Source: an uncultured virus (IMG/VR IMGVR_UViG_3300011977_000424) | Taxonomy: Duplodnaviria > Heunggongvirae > Uroviricota > Caudoviricetes | Virus record (IMG/VR): IMGVR_UViG_3300011977_000424 | Length of the DNA stretch: 64,000 nt | Direction: 5' to 3' (one strand) | Shown: piece after piece, positions 28,001 through 34,999 of the stretch | Layout of the letters: every line of letters starts with the position of its first letter | Position numbering within the stretch: the stretch's first letter is position 1 | Notes under the pieces: model-generated | The model's database searches: none | The model's input: only the letters and a program-made list of their open reading frames with translations | Told to the model about the DNA's origin: nothing | Program-made: the position numbers and the translations under genes

Positions 28001-28872
28001 TCGCCGTTGGTGTTCAGCCTCAACGCTGCTCCGAAGTTCTTGCCCACCTGCTCAATGGCTGCGGCAACGGCCTTGTTCTGCGGTGGATTGGTGCTGTTCG
28101 GGTCGATGGTCTCGTCTGTCACCACTTCGGGTATCTGGAGATTGACGTTTCCGTCTGCGTCCGGGGTGAGCTCGCTTGTCACGGTGCCCTGAGTGACGTG
28201 TATCTTCTTGATAACGTCCTTGGCTCCGTACTCTACCCATGAGGCTGCATCGTAGAAGGCGGTGATGTCGTCCACTGAGAAGCGGAACTCCATCCATGTG
28301 CCTGCACTGGCCTCAAAGGTGATGATAAGGCCTTGCTTCAACTCGTCCTTGATGCTCACCTCTTTCAGGGCGGCAACGGCTCGCTCCTTGGTGTAGTAGT
28401 CGCCTGCGCTCAGTGGCACGGCCGACGTGACGTTGAGGAAGCCTCCACCAACGCTGTTGCCACTCACGGCCACAAGGCTGGCTGTGCCTGCGTCCCACAC
28501 ATACAGGTAGGTGTCACAGTAGAATGGCTTTTTCTGGAGCACTGCGCCTGTACTGTCCACATACAAGTCCATGCCAAGCCAGTAGGCGTAATAAGTCTGC
28601 CCTGAGCGTGCATAGAAACGCTTGGTGGCTTCATCGTAGGCAATGGCATCGTACTTGATAAGCGTCGTGTTCCTGTTGAATACGGTGTCCGTGCCACTCT
28701 TGAAAATTTCATTGAAGGGCGACAGACCACCTGTCAGGGCGAGCTTGTTCACGTCGCTCTGCGATTTCGCTTGGTCGCTGTCCCATATCTGGTCGCTCGT
28801 GGTGACGTGGCCGGGGTTCTCGCCGTTCATCCACTTTGCTACCAATGGGCCTAAGATTGGTATGTTATCCAT
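22012..28872 (-). CDS. DGR target: 2286-aa putative receptor-binding virion protein (beta-rich domains, CotH-kinase-like region, LRRs, C-terminal CLec-type domain)
   Basis: GYENLWGNKAEW and GSRLAF CLec motifs containing the VR; LRRs such as LSSLDLSKCMKLEYVDATGC; QGTSS..YPIKNYR, DQRVKN and YDCDTILG motifs. Confidence 0.85.
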   Translation of the reverse strand: MDNIPILGPLVAKWMNGENPGHVTTSDQIWDSDQAKSQSDVNKLALTGGLSPFNEIFKSGTDTVFNRNTTLIKYDAIAYDEATKRFYARSGQTYYAYWLGMDLYVDSTGAVLQKKPFYCDTYLYVWDAGTASLVAVSGNSVGGGFLNVTSAVPLSAGDYYTKERAVAALKEVSIKDELKQGLIITFEASAGTWMEFRFSVDDITAFYDAASWVEYGAKDVIKKIHVTQGTVTSELTPDADGNVNLQIPEVVTDETIDPNSTNPPQNKAVAAAIEQVGKNFGAALRLNTNGDGDSKTYSLSLLDQNGEEISQTDEFSGGGGGGSTATTKVQLTKLSANPTVKSGDQVKLSFTYDHVSTDTGESTGNAATAVVTIVHGATSNTLNINLTAGSTTTLDVTKYLGLGNNTVKVKANVDAGDYVQSQTISWNVNVVQLTLTSTFNIASVINRGDTISISYSLSGSGTKTLKMYLDGVQSQDKSITTSTSTGAFSLSTLNLTHGAHSIQLVAELELASGTVLKSNSIYMGIAVRESGKTTPIVVARFDYADGTIIEAGATPYIQTTQFDTYNVNFAAYNPKETPTLATVKVNGVVVSQSRVSFSNTQLTLRSANAGTLPCTITVGATTFTYNLVSSKSDLNLEEPTDNLKLKLTADGRTNNDANREEWTDGTSTSTLTGFTFGGDGWMGTFLRHKNSAKTVVNFNPLEQPSSNPTNAFAFEVKFKASEVTNEDAVIISCVDADGTGFVITPQEARMQTRGKSTVSMKMASGEVHEVGFVAYPQKQDGSSIDEQQSDLMLYMYIDGIASNGVQRASSDSIYQGTAMPITIGGTDEATVDVYNMRSYSSFLTHHQMLALYIIDQETADDMFAQYEENNIFDANGNITVDSVPEGTRVVIVTGVEANGVPTVLQAAVNNNKSQKYDVTEILTYVKGGYAEQNMRVDGGCIRLQGTSSLAYPIKNYRFYTKKADKTQSPVYIGCDEQGIGGTEAAKGKWSFHLKDDNHEYIAAPVNCWCGKADYAESSSSHNTGMARIANDVLVAIGDVTPAQQHVDRTKYDYDVRTTVDGEPCYMFYRATLDDDPIFLGKFNWNNDKSTEAVFGFCDIPGYHDDARMKSYFDTLKGSMDAATLAKTEFSVMDGEDSVMGDNPTECWEFLNNDYPMGMFKTADFDSKTYDSDAKAEVADWTKVFESRFPDNDTLNDAYANGTVKPYFLERLVKWVQSTDTTAVVDGGTITINGSSVADTVENRRKKFHDEIGDYFDTDYLCDYYEFTDIFACCDQRVKNMMLAFWYNPDKGKVLGYFIFYDCDTILGVRNDGRLKYDWDVDENTVDAELSTADHTVYAYAGHDSVLWANLRAMFQTELKASYKRIRAKLTNDLIFKYFDEQQSDKFCEAVYNQDAINKYVIPKTQGISVLTNGVETKQTYSYLESMQGSRKTHRHRFVTNRNSLLDAWASTGTYTMSDIRWKGNSAAGAKVVAKASRQYYFELLRENSSLQHDKVEADAEWSATYSEEANIGTIFHLYGGTWMKYLDLSQWGGFTDLTLPSLPVLEHLILGLASTGKTYSLTELAIGSQLPMLRKLEIQNYTNLSSLDLSKCMKLEYVDATGCTTMSTMSFAEASPLASLHLPENFQTLILKSLPAIKRNGIVFDNIANLTGLSVENCEQLDGYALMQEIVATSGSKLKYLRITNINIEGDGSDLQALKDKDFGGLDENGNIVVGTCKLTGHYQLTSYMDDDKLAVLKSFFDELTIKQPTCTTIEFDDSISDPANISNLDNKTGYKFNNTFKPSAHVSAILAKRHRYLAKKTATGEMTVCQLHDDNSNYFADNDDYTQATKADLTGPSGDVMIWEPKYWYKGINDLTNKKKYACYANGDEDSEPEQMGEYKKLVQSDMAITTGYALKLNETTLGRAITALTGYNYAVIEIPTDKEYKQVRVPSFASSAYGTLILDEDNNVLSYMNGQSINGFMDGMYLFCTLPEKAKKVAITIKDGVDWDYVLFCTSGNVEAIEPDWVFHDECLIGVYEANMVDDILRSVSGRVSTGGVNQSAFTTYAKNRGDGFQLIDWDMHKDIGNLYFASHGTRNAQDTNGYGSNDSGRTNGRTNATGMQETYSNNADTDEQTAYVNVGGTKANNYTDGTKTNISSPCALGYENLWGNKAEWLGNTWYNKTLHDNKLRVTVNGEERVAKAYDCDGYAIRVIHGRFMDLLPATNSYGSSTTYYADGMYAYNIGATARVVYRSNNYAYANGGVSCSGANYDSSFSNAYLGSRLAFRGTIKRAESVEAFLSVTQVA
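22079..22192 (-). repeat. DGR variable repeat (VR) in the target C-terminus
   Basis: Encodes ARVVYRSNNYAYANGGVSCSGANYDSSFSNAYLGSRLA; TR would encode ARVVYRSNNNANANGGVSYSNANNDSSNTNANIGSRLA. Confidence 0.97.
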
Positions 28873-28885
28873 ATTGCTGTTGTGT

Positions 28886-30157
28886 TTAAGAAATTACGAA
28901 AGTATATGATCCGCTAACAAGTGGATAGCTGCTGCGGTAGTAGCGGTAGCCGTCCTTGGCGATAGGCAACTGCATCGGCACTTCATAGCCGGCAAGCTTC
29001 ACACTGTTCAAAGTCTGGTCGTCGGGGATCACTATCCACAGATAGGTCTTGTCAATGGTATTCTCCATCGTGAAGGATCCAGTGGGGGATGCAAAGATAG
29101 CCTTCACTCCAAGGGCGGTAATGTCGGTTATCTCTTCGGCATTGGCCGTGGCTGCAAAACCAAGGTAGGAAGCATTAACGCCGATGTAGCTCTTGCTCAC
29201 CTCAACACTCATCTTGTCTTTGGTGGCCTTTAACACGGTCGTATGGCTGCCAACGGTAGGACTGCTTTTATAAGCTGATTCTGGAGCTGTCGCTACTTCT
29301 GTCCCGTCGTAGGTGATACTGAATGTGTCCGGTTTATCTATTGCAGTACCGTCCTGACGCTTTACAGAACCCATAATGACAAAGTAATCAGATTGTCTTG
29401 CCTCGACAACACCGGTGGGCGCGTTGAGCGTTGCTACCATTGGATTGGTAAACTCACTGATCTGATCGTTCACCTCGCCTTTGAAGGTGTCCATGGCCTC
29501 GTTGATCTCGGTCTTGAACTCCGTGAAGCTCTGGCTAAGCGCGTCAAGGGTGCTCTTCTTAGCCAGGCCGGTATCTTCTTTGTCCCAGCTCTTGCCGTCC
29601 CACTTGAACAGGGCTACTTCGTCGGCGTCTACGGTCTTGTCGCCAAAATTTTTATAGGTGCCCTCTGTGAGTGCCAGGAAGCACACCTTCGTTGTGTTCA
29701 TCGTCGGCGCAATGGTGGCGGCATTGATGATGCCTCCAAACATGTAGCCGGCGCTCACAAGGTTGGTGATGGTAGTTTGGAACTCGTCGATCTTGCCTAC
29801 CTGCCCTGTCAGGGTGGTAATAACCTCGTCAATGTATTCGTCGCGGTTCTCGTTCACTACCCAGGTATTGCGGTCGGCCTGCCAGTAGTGGGCAAAACCA
29901 AGGATGATTACATAGTCGCCTTCAACACCTCCATTCGGGTAGCATCGTTGTACATTGTAGATGTTGGTGAAGGTTCCCTTATAGTGTGTCGTGTTCGTCG
30001 ATACCTCCAGTGCGCTGGTGCTCGCGTTCCACTCGTACACCTTACCATTGATCATAGCGAAATCGCCGGCCAGTGCGGTCGGCTTGATAAGCGCCGTTGC
30101 TGCCGTCAGACTGGTAAAGTCGCCTCGGTAGCGTAATAGTGTTGTCTGTTGTGCCAT
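28886..30157 (-). CDS. Putative tail fibre/structural protein
   Basis: YRGDF/YKGTF repeats, GYMFGGI...GTYKNFG module, coiled coil, beta-rich C-terminus. Confidence 0.6.
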   Translation of the reverse strand: MAQQTTLLRYRGDFTSLTAATALIKPTALAGDFAMINGKVYEWNASTSALEVSTNTTHYKGTFTNIYNVQRCYPNGGVEGDYVIILGFAHYWQADRNTWVVNENRDEYIDEVITTLTGQVGKIDEFQTTITNLVSAGYMFGGIINAATIAPTMNTTKVCFLALTEGTYKNFGDKTVDADEVALFKWDGKSWDKEDTGLAKKSTLDALSQSFTEFKTEINEAMDTFKGEVNDQISEFTNPMVATLNAPTGVVEARQSDYFVIMGSVKRQDGTAIDKPDTFSITYDGTEVATAPESAYKSSPTVGSHTTVLKATKDKMSVEVSKSYIGVNASYLGFAATANAEEITDITALGVKAIFASPTGSFTMENTIDKTYLWIVIPDDQTLNSVKLAGYEVPMQLPIAKDGYRYYRSSYPLVSGSYTFVIS

Positions 30158-30173
30158 ATCTATTGCTTATTTA

Positions 30174-30836
30174 TTATCTTGATAGTGCATACATGCGGTC
30201 GGCAAGCTCGGCCTCCTTCTTGCTCTCCAGGTAGATACCGGCGGCGCGGTAGATGATGGAGCGCTCGGCCTCATCTTTCAGATTGCAGTCTATCACGCTG
30301 CCGTCACTCGATAGTTCAGGCGTGCCGATATAGGCAAAGGTCTCTATCCTGTGGTCATAGATGGCCTTCACCTCGCGGCCGTCGTTGTTGGCAAAGCGGC
30401 CTGCCGTCCAATAGCGAAGTATCTTGTTGCCGGCGCGATCCTGGCTCTCCATGGCCTTGGGCTTCTGGGGCGTGCCTCGTCCCCATCGGCTGGCTTGGCG
30501 TTTGGCTTCGTCGCTGGTGGGATCCATCAGCTCCCACACACTGCTGCTCCACGACGTTAGTTTCAGTTCCATCAGCCTCAGAAAGTCGGGCGGCAAGATG
30601 ATGTAGCCGGTTCCGTCGTCGTTCTTTACCTGTGCTGGAGTAAGATCGCCTTTAAGAACTTTCGGCTCCAACATATCGGGGCTGGCCTCCTTGCTGAGCT
30701 GCATGATGGCCGTCTGGAGGGCTTGCGCTATCTCGGTGTCGGCATTAGCGGTAAATCCGTCGGCCTCATCCTCGGGCAAGATCTCGTCCAGGGCTATGCG
30801 TACCTTCTCTATGAGTGATTGGATGGTTGCCTGCAT
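30174..30836 (-). CDS. Head-tail adaptor-like structural protein
   Basis: GYIILPPDFLRL and IIYRAAGIYL motifs; downstream of the MCP. Confidence 0.55.
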   Translation of the reverse strand: MQATIQSLIEKVRIALDEILPEDEADGFTANADTEIAQALQTAIMQLSKEASPDMLEPKVLKGDLTPAQVKNDDGTGYIILPPDFLRLMELKLTSWSSSVWELMDPTSDEAKRQASRWGRGTPQKPKAMESQDRAGNKILRYWTAGRFANNDGREVKAIYDHRIETFAYIGTPELSSDGSVIDCNLKDEAERSIIYRAAGIYLESKKEAELADRMYALSR

Positions 30837-30838
30837 CG

Positions 30839-31318
30839 TTAATCGGTTTTATAGGCTATGGTGATACCGTTGTCCTTTGCGGCCTGTTCCACAAGGGCCG
30901 GCGTTTTGAGCTTGGTCTTGGGGATGCCAAATGTCTTGCTTAGGTATTCCTTAGCCTGAGTTATATTCTTGAAAGTCTTTGTGTTGTCGTCCTTGGCCGG
31001 CTTCTTTCCGGTCTGGGGCTTGGTGAGCTTTTTGATGTCAAGATCTTCACCGGCCTGTTTCTTATCCGGCGCCTGCTGGGGTTTCTTGGGGGCTTTCCCT
31101 TTAGTGGGTTCGGCAATCTCTTCTTTCGGGGCCTCAGCAATGCTGCCTCGTTTGAACAGGTTGTTGTTTCTTATGGCCTCGGCAATCTTCGCGTCCTTGG
31201 TGTTGAATACGCTTGTGCCAAACTGGTTGCGCTCACCAAAGCGGATCAGATGTGTTCGTCCTTCTACGGCCACACTGAAAATGAATTGTCGGGGTGCTGC
31301 AAATCTGTATATTACCAT
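30839..31318 (-). CDS. Hypothetical head-module protein with Lys/Pro linker
   Basis: 159-aa ORF with C-terminal AKEYLSKTFGI...AAKDNGI. Confidence 0.6.
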   Translation of the reverse strand: MVIYRFAAPRQFIFSVAVEGRTHLIRFGERNQFGTSVFNTKDAKIAEAIRNNNLFKRGSIAEAPKEEIAEPTKGKAPKKPQQAPDKKQAGEDLDIKKLTKPQTGKKPAKDDNTKTFKNITQAKEYLSKTFGIPKTKLKTPALVEQAAKDNGITIAYKTD

Positions 31319-31332
31319 AGCTGATGTAAAAG

Positions 31333-31366
31333 AAAAGGGCTCGCTCGCCTGGTGCGAGACGAGCCC
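31333..31366 (-). terminator. Rho-independent terminator after the MCP
   Basis: GC-rich stem GGGCTCG..CTCGC/GCGAG..CGAGCCC followed by TTTT on the minus strand; second inverted repeat at 31401-31423. Confidence 0.7.
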
Positions 31367-31429
31367 AGTTGTTATTTATTATTGGTATTGTAGCCACTGC
31401 TCCGGCTCTTTTAACGAGCCGGAAAGACG

Positions 31430-32968
31430 TTACGCCACAAGTTCCTCATCGGTAACACCAAGTTTGGTGTCAAACTCAGGACGGAACACACGGGCGTGGG
31501 CGTTGGGGAAGTAAAGGGTCCAACAACTGAACTCCTCCATCACAACGGCGTTACTATTGCGGATGAAGAGGTCTTTCAGGTTGTACTCCTTACGGCTCCA
31601 GTCACCAAATACCCACTTCTCCAGGTATCGGGGATCCAACAGGAAGGCGCAACCACTCATGCCCATGTAGTTGAAGGCATCGTGGCGATAGATGAGAATC
31701 TTTGTGCCCATGCTGCTGAAGCTCTCGAAGTCAAGTCCCCAGTTGCGATAGTTGCTCTCGGTCTGAGTGATAATGCGCTTGTTGCTCTTGAGGTTGCTGA
31801 ATGCCTGATAGATGAGGTTATCCACAAAGAACAGCTTGGTACGGCTACCGTTACCGGCGTCTTTGATTACGTTGTTCACAAAGCTGGTAAGCTCCTTCTC
31901 AGAAATCACGTACTCATAGACGGTCTTTTCAACGGTGCTGCCGTCACCCTTGCCGGCGTCTACTGTGGCCGTAACGGCTTTCTTGTTGCCCTGAGCATCA
32001 ATCTCGATCTTCGGTGCCCAGTGGCCAAGCTGGATGTCCTTGCCGGCGGTCCAATAGATACCACCAGTGGTGTAGACGTTACCATTTTTGCCGTAACGTG
32101 TCTTGCTCTTGATACCAAACAGGCCGGAACGTTCCATACCGTCGCGCATATCGTCCATGGCAATGCGCTCCTGCTTGGAGAAGTCCCAGTCAAGGGTCTT
32201 AGCGCTCATGCGCTCAATGATGCTCTCCTCAGCCTGCATGATGAAGCGCTGGCAATACTGCTCGCTGGCCTCGGGAAGCTGATAGTAGCTGGCGGTCTCT
32301 ACGTCGGTCTCACCGGCTGCACGGCCAAGACGCAACATCAGCGTGCCGGCTGGGATGTCGGGGAGGTCCCAACGGTTGCCCTTAGTGGTGTTCTTCTTAC
32401 CATTGATGGCTATAACCATGGGGTTGAGATCGTCGTTCTGGGCCACAACACGTACCATGAGGGGCTTGATAGTGGAGCGAGTAGTGCCGTCGTCCTCATA
32501 ACCCATGATGTTGGGGAAGAGGATAGAGTCCATACTGTCAAAGACGGTATTGTTCACTGGCGTGATCTTCGTCGCTGCACCTGTGGTAGTGGCGGTAATC
32601 TTCTCTTCCAGGGTGGTAGTGATCGGGCGCTGGCCAATCTCGTAGTACTTCACGGTGATACTCTTCGAGTGATTGGTACGGGTAGAAGCGCGAAGGATCT
32701 GGTCGATAGGACAACTCTCCAACTTCATTTCACAGATACGCTTGTTGATCTGCGTAACATAGAAGTCGTAGTCCTTGTTCTGACCTTCCACTATCTCCTC
32801 GCTCTGGGTATGGGAGTTTGCACCTCCCACACCGGTACCAGGACCATCAAGAGGGCCTACCGGGTCTGTGATGGCAGGATCATCTGCAAGGGCAAATGCG
32901 CTGCCGGAACTGAGGATCATAACTGCGGTGGCAATCATGAATCCAAACCAATGCTTAAATGTTTTCAT
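31430..32968 (-). CDS. Major capsid protein (SU10/DUF5309-like) with a hydrophobic signal-like N-terminal leader
   Basis: Follows the scaffold gene and precedes a terminator; QYCQRFIMQAEES, MERSGLFG, TTGGIYW motifs. Confidence 0.8.
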   Translation of the reverse strand: MKTFKHWFGFMIATAVMILSSGSAFALADDPAITDPVGPLDGPGTGVGGANSHTQSEEIVEGQNKDYDFYVTQINKRICEMKLESCPIDQILRASTRTNHSKSITVKYYEIGQRPITTTLEEKITATTTGAATKITPVNNTVFDSMDSILFPNIMGYEDDGTTRSTIKPLMVRVVAQNDDLNPMVIAINGKKNTTKGNRWDLPDIPAGTLMLRLGRAAGETDVETASYYQLPEASEQYCQRFIMQAEESIIERMSAKTLDWDFSKQERIAMDDMRDGMERSGLFGIKSKTRYGKNGNVYTTGGIYWTAGKDIQLGHWAPKIEIDAQGNKKAVTATVDAGKGDGSTVEKTVYEYVISEKELTSFVNNVIKDAGNGSRTKLFFVDNLIYQAFSNLKSNKRIITQTESNYRNWGLDFESFSSMGTKILIYRHDAFNYMGMSGCAFLLDPRYLEKWVFGDWSRKEYNLKDLFIRNSNAVVMEEFSCWTLYFPNAHARVFRPEFDTKLGVTDEELVA

Positions 32969-32995
32969 TTGCTTGTTGTTTAATGAATTGATGTT

Positions 32996-33124
32996 TTAAC
33001 TTATTTGATGCTTATATAGGTCCGGCTGGCCTTCGGCGTTGATAACATCCTCGGTCTTGCTGCGGCTGTGGGCTCCTCTGACAATGTAACCGGCTCCTTT
33101 CAGTTTTCCGTAATTCGTTTTCAT
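32996..33124 (-). CDS. 42-aa peptide paralogous to the MCP N-terminal arm, absent from the ORF track
   Basis: MKTNYGKLKGAGYIVRGAHSRSKTEDVINAEGQPDLYKHQIS*; TAATG coupling to the scaffold stop; 12/35 identities to MCP residues 40-75. Confidence 0.7.
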   Translation of the reverse strand: MKTNYGKLKGAGYIVRGAHSRSKTEDVINAEGQPDLYKHQIS

Positions 33125-33918
33125 TAGCCAAACGCATATTTCATGCGATCCAGGGCGGCCATCTGGCTGTCCTTCGGCTTCTCGGGCTTGGCGTTGCCTC
33201 CACCACCTCCCACATCGGGTGGCATGTTGCGGCGCTTCTGCTGCTTGTGCTCGAACATGTCGATACGCTCGTTCTTGCCTCGCTTATAGCCTCTGTCCTC
33301 ACTCTCGGCCATCTTTACGTCGTAGTCTTTAATGCGGAACAGTTTAATGAAATCGTCCTTGGTAAGCTCGAAGTTGGCGGCGCGGCGAATAAAGCCGGTC
33401 TTGCTGTCATAGATCCAACTGATAAGGTCCTTCACCTGCTCGGGCTTGTAGTTGGATTCTTTCAGGGCGGCGTCAAGCTCGTCATCCTCTTTCTTCACCT
33501 TGGCATCCTTGTCTTTCAGGAAGGCAGCCTCAGCATCTTCATCGGCCTTGCGCTGCTTGCTCCGGCCTGCCCAACGTGCCTTCGCTTTGTCGGGGCCGTT
33601 CTGGGCATAGTCCTGGAGATAGTCCACAACATCGTCGTTGCTCAGGAGCCAGTCGCGCAAATCGAAGTCGCTGCCGTCGGGGTTCTTCTTGCTGATAAGG
33701 CCGGCAAGGATCTCGGGGGCATACTTGGTACTCTTCAACGCCTCGTTAAGCTTGCCTCGCTGCTCCTGCATCTGGTCATACTTGTCAAGGTCGTCGTTGG
33801 CGGCGCCGTACAATGCCTCATCGTCGTCTCCGTTAAACTCCGGATTCGATTTCTTAAAACGGTCCACCATTCTTTGGCGGTTCGTAATAGTCTGTTTCTC
33901 AGCGTTTTCTTTTGCCAT
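33124..33918 (-). CDS. Putative capsid scaffolding protein
   Basis: Charged helical protein upstream of the MCP; start at MAKENAEK. Confidence 0.65.
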   Translation of the reverse strand: MAKENAEKQTITNRQRMVDRFKKSNPEFNGDDDEALYGAANDDLDKYDQMQEQRGKLNEALKSTKYAPEILAGLISKKNPDGSDFDLRDWLLSNDDVVDYLQDYAQNGPDKAKARWAGRSKQRKADEDAEAAFLKDKDAKVKKEDDELDAALKESNYKPEQVKDLISWIYDSKTGFIRRAANFELTKDDFIKLFRIKDYDVKMAESEDRGYKRGKNERIDMFEHKQQKRRNMPPDVGGGGGNAKPEKPKDSQMAALDRMKYAFG

Positions 33919-33946
33919 AACGTTATCGCGATTTGTTTTCTTTGCG

Positions 33947-33987
33947 TAAAGATAAAGGTACTTTTTTTGTTGGCAGTCATAAAATAC
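33947..33987 (-). promoter_or_regulatory. Putative late promoter copy 2: GTATTTTATGAC-N21-TATCTTTA
   Basis: Box 33976-33987; -7-like element 33947-33954 with one mismatch. Confidence 0.75.
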
Positions 33988-34070
33988 CAATCTAAATTGT
34001 TATTTTTACCCAATTCACTTAATATCAATACCAAATAAATTTGTTATTTTTGCATAGCCGACTTGATAAA

Positions 34071-34505
34071 ATGAAACATAAGGGCTCTATAACTGACACC
34101 TATATCCATCGTGACAATGTTGTTTTGCCGGCATTGTTCCGCAAAGCTAAGGAAGTGGCGAGTTATCCAACCACCATGAAGGAGCTTTGCCAAATAGCTG
34201 CGTCTCTGCCCGTGCCCTATTTCTGTATCAGCTATGATGCGGCTCTCGACTATATCCGTAACCGGCTGCTGCATGGTAGGATAAAACGGTTTAAGACTGA
34301 GTACAAAAACCAACTCTTTGAAGCGCTCTACCAAACGGTGCTCTCGCTCATGGAGGATGGGCGGCGCGACATAAAGAAGGTTACGCTACTGGCACTCGAC
34401 AAACCGGCCCCCTGCGTGGGTATTTCTCCGGTCTGCATAATGAATAAGCTCTACGATTTAAAGAATAAAAAGTTCAAAGTTCAAAGTTCAAAGTTCAAAG
34501 TATAA
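34071..34505 (+). CDS. Phage protein with internal repeat; candidate DNA-binding regulator
   Basis: Repeats PVPYFCIS / PAPCVGIS; own -7 element TATTTTTG at 34045-34052. Confidence 0.6.
   Translation: MKHKGSITDTYIHRDNVVLPALFRKAKEVASYPTTMKELCQIAASLPVPYFCISYDAALDYIRNRLLHGRIKRFKTEYKNQLFEALYQTVLSLMEDGRRDIKKVTLLALDKPAPCVGISPVCIMNKLYDLKNKKFKVQSSKFKV
34469..34501 (+). repeat. Heptamer tandem repeat (AAAGTTC)x4 plus partial copy
   Basis: Read directly from the sequence; lies just before the TAATG stop/start junction. Confidence 0.95.
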
Positions 34506-34999
34506 TGACAAAGTTCTACATCACACTGGCTTTCTGCCTGCTGCTCATTCCGTTCATAGCACACACATCGTGGTTTGCTGTGGGGGCCTCAACGGCTCTC
34601 TACACTCACTTCGTGTATATGTTCGGACACTCTGGCTGGCTTCATTGGGCCGTAAATGCCTGGAGCCTGTTGATGTTGCACAATGCCATACGATGGTACC
34701 GACTGCTGGCGGCCTACGTGCTCTCGGTACTATTGTCTTTCGTCTACCTGCCTGCACTTCCTGTGGTGGGAATCTCTGTTTTCGTGGTGTTCCTGCTGGG
34801 TATGGCGGCCACTCAGATATGGCGTCGGGATCGGTGGGCACTCGGCCTCACCATGGGATTGCTCCTCATGGGGTGCTTTCTGCCAGGCTTCGCCGGTGTC
34901 TATCACGTGGTGATGTTCTGTCTCGGCTTCGCCTTCTATCGGCTGGAGCGTCTTGTTCGTCGGTTTGTTAATTACGCGCAACGTGGCAACAGCGACTAA
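34505..34999 (+). CDS. Rhomboid-family intramembrane serine protease
   Basis: YMFGHSGWLHWAVN (HxxxxHxxxN), VVGIS (GxS), YHVVMFCLG (catalytic His); multiple TM segments. Confidence 0.8.
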   Translation: MTKFYITLAFCLLLIPFIAHTSWFAVGASTALYTHFVYMFGHSGWLHWAVNAWSLLMLHNAIRWYRLLAAYVLSVLLSFVYLPALPVVGISVFVVFLLGMAATQIWRRDRWALGLTMGLLLMGCFLPGFAGVYHVVMFCLGFAFYRLERLVRRFVNYAQRGNSD

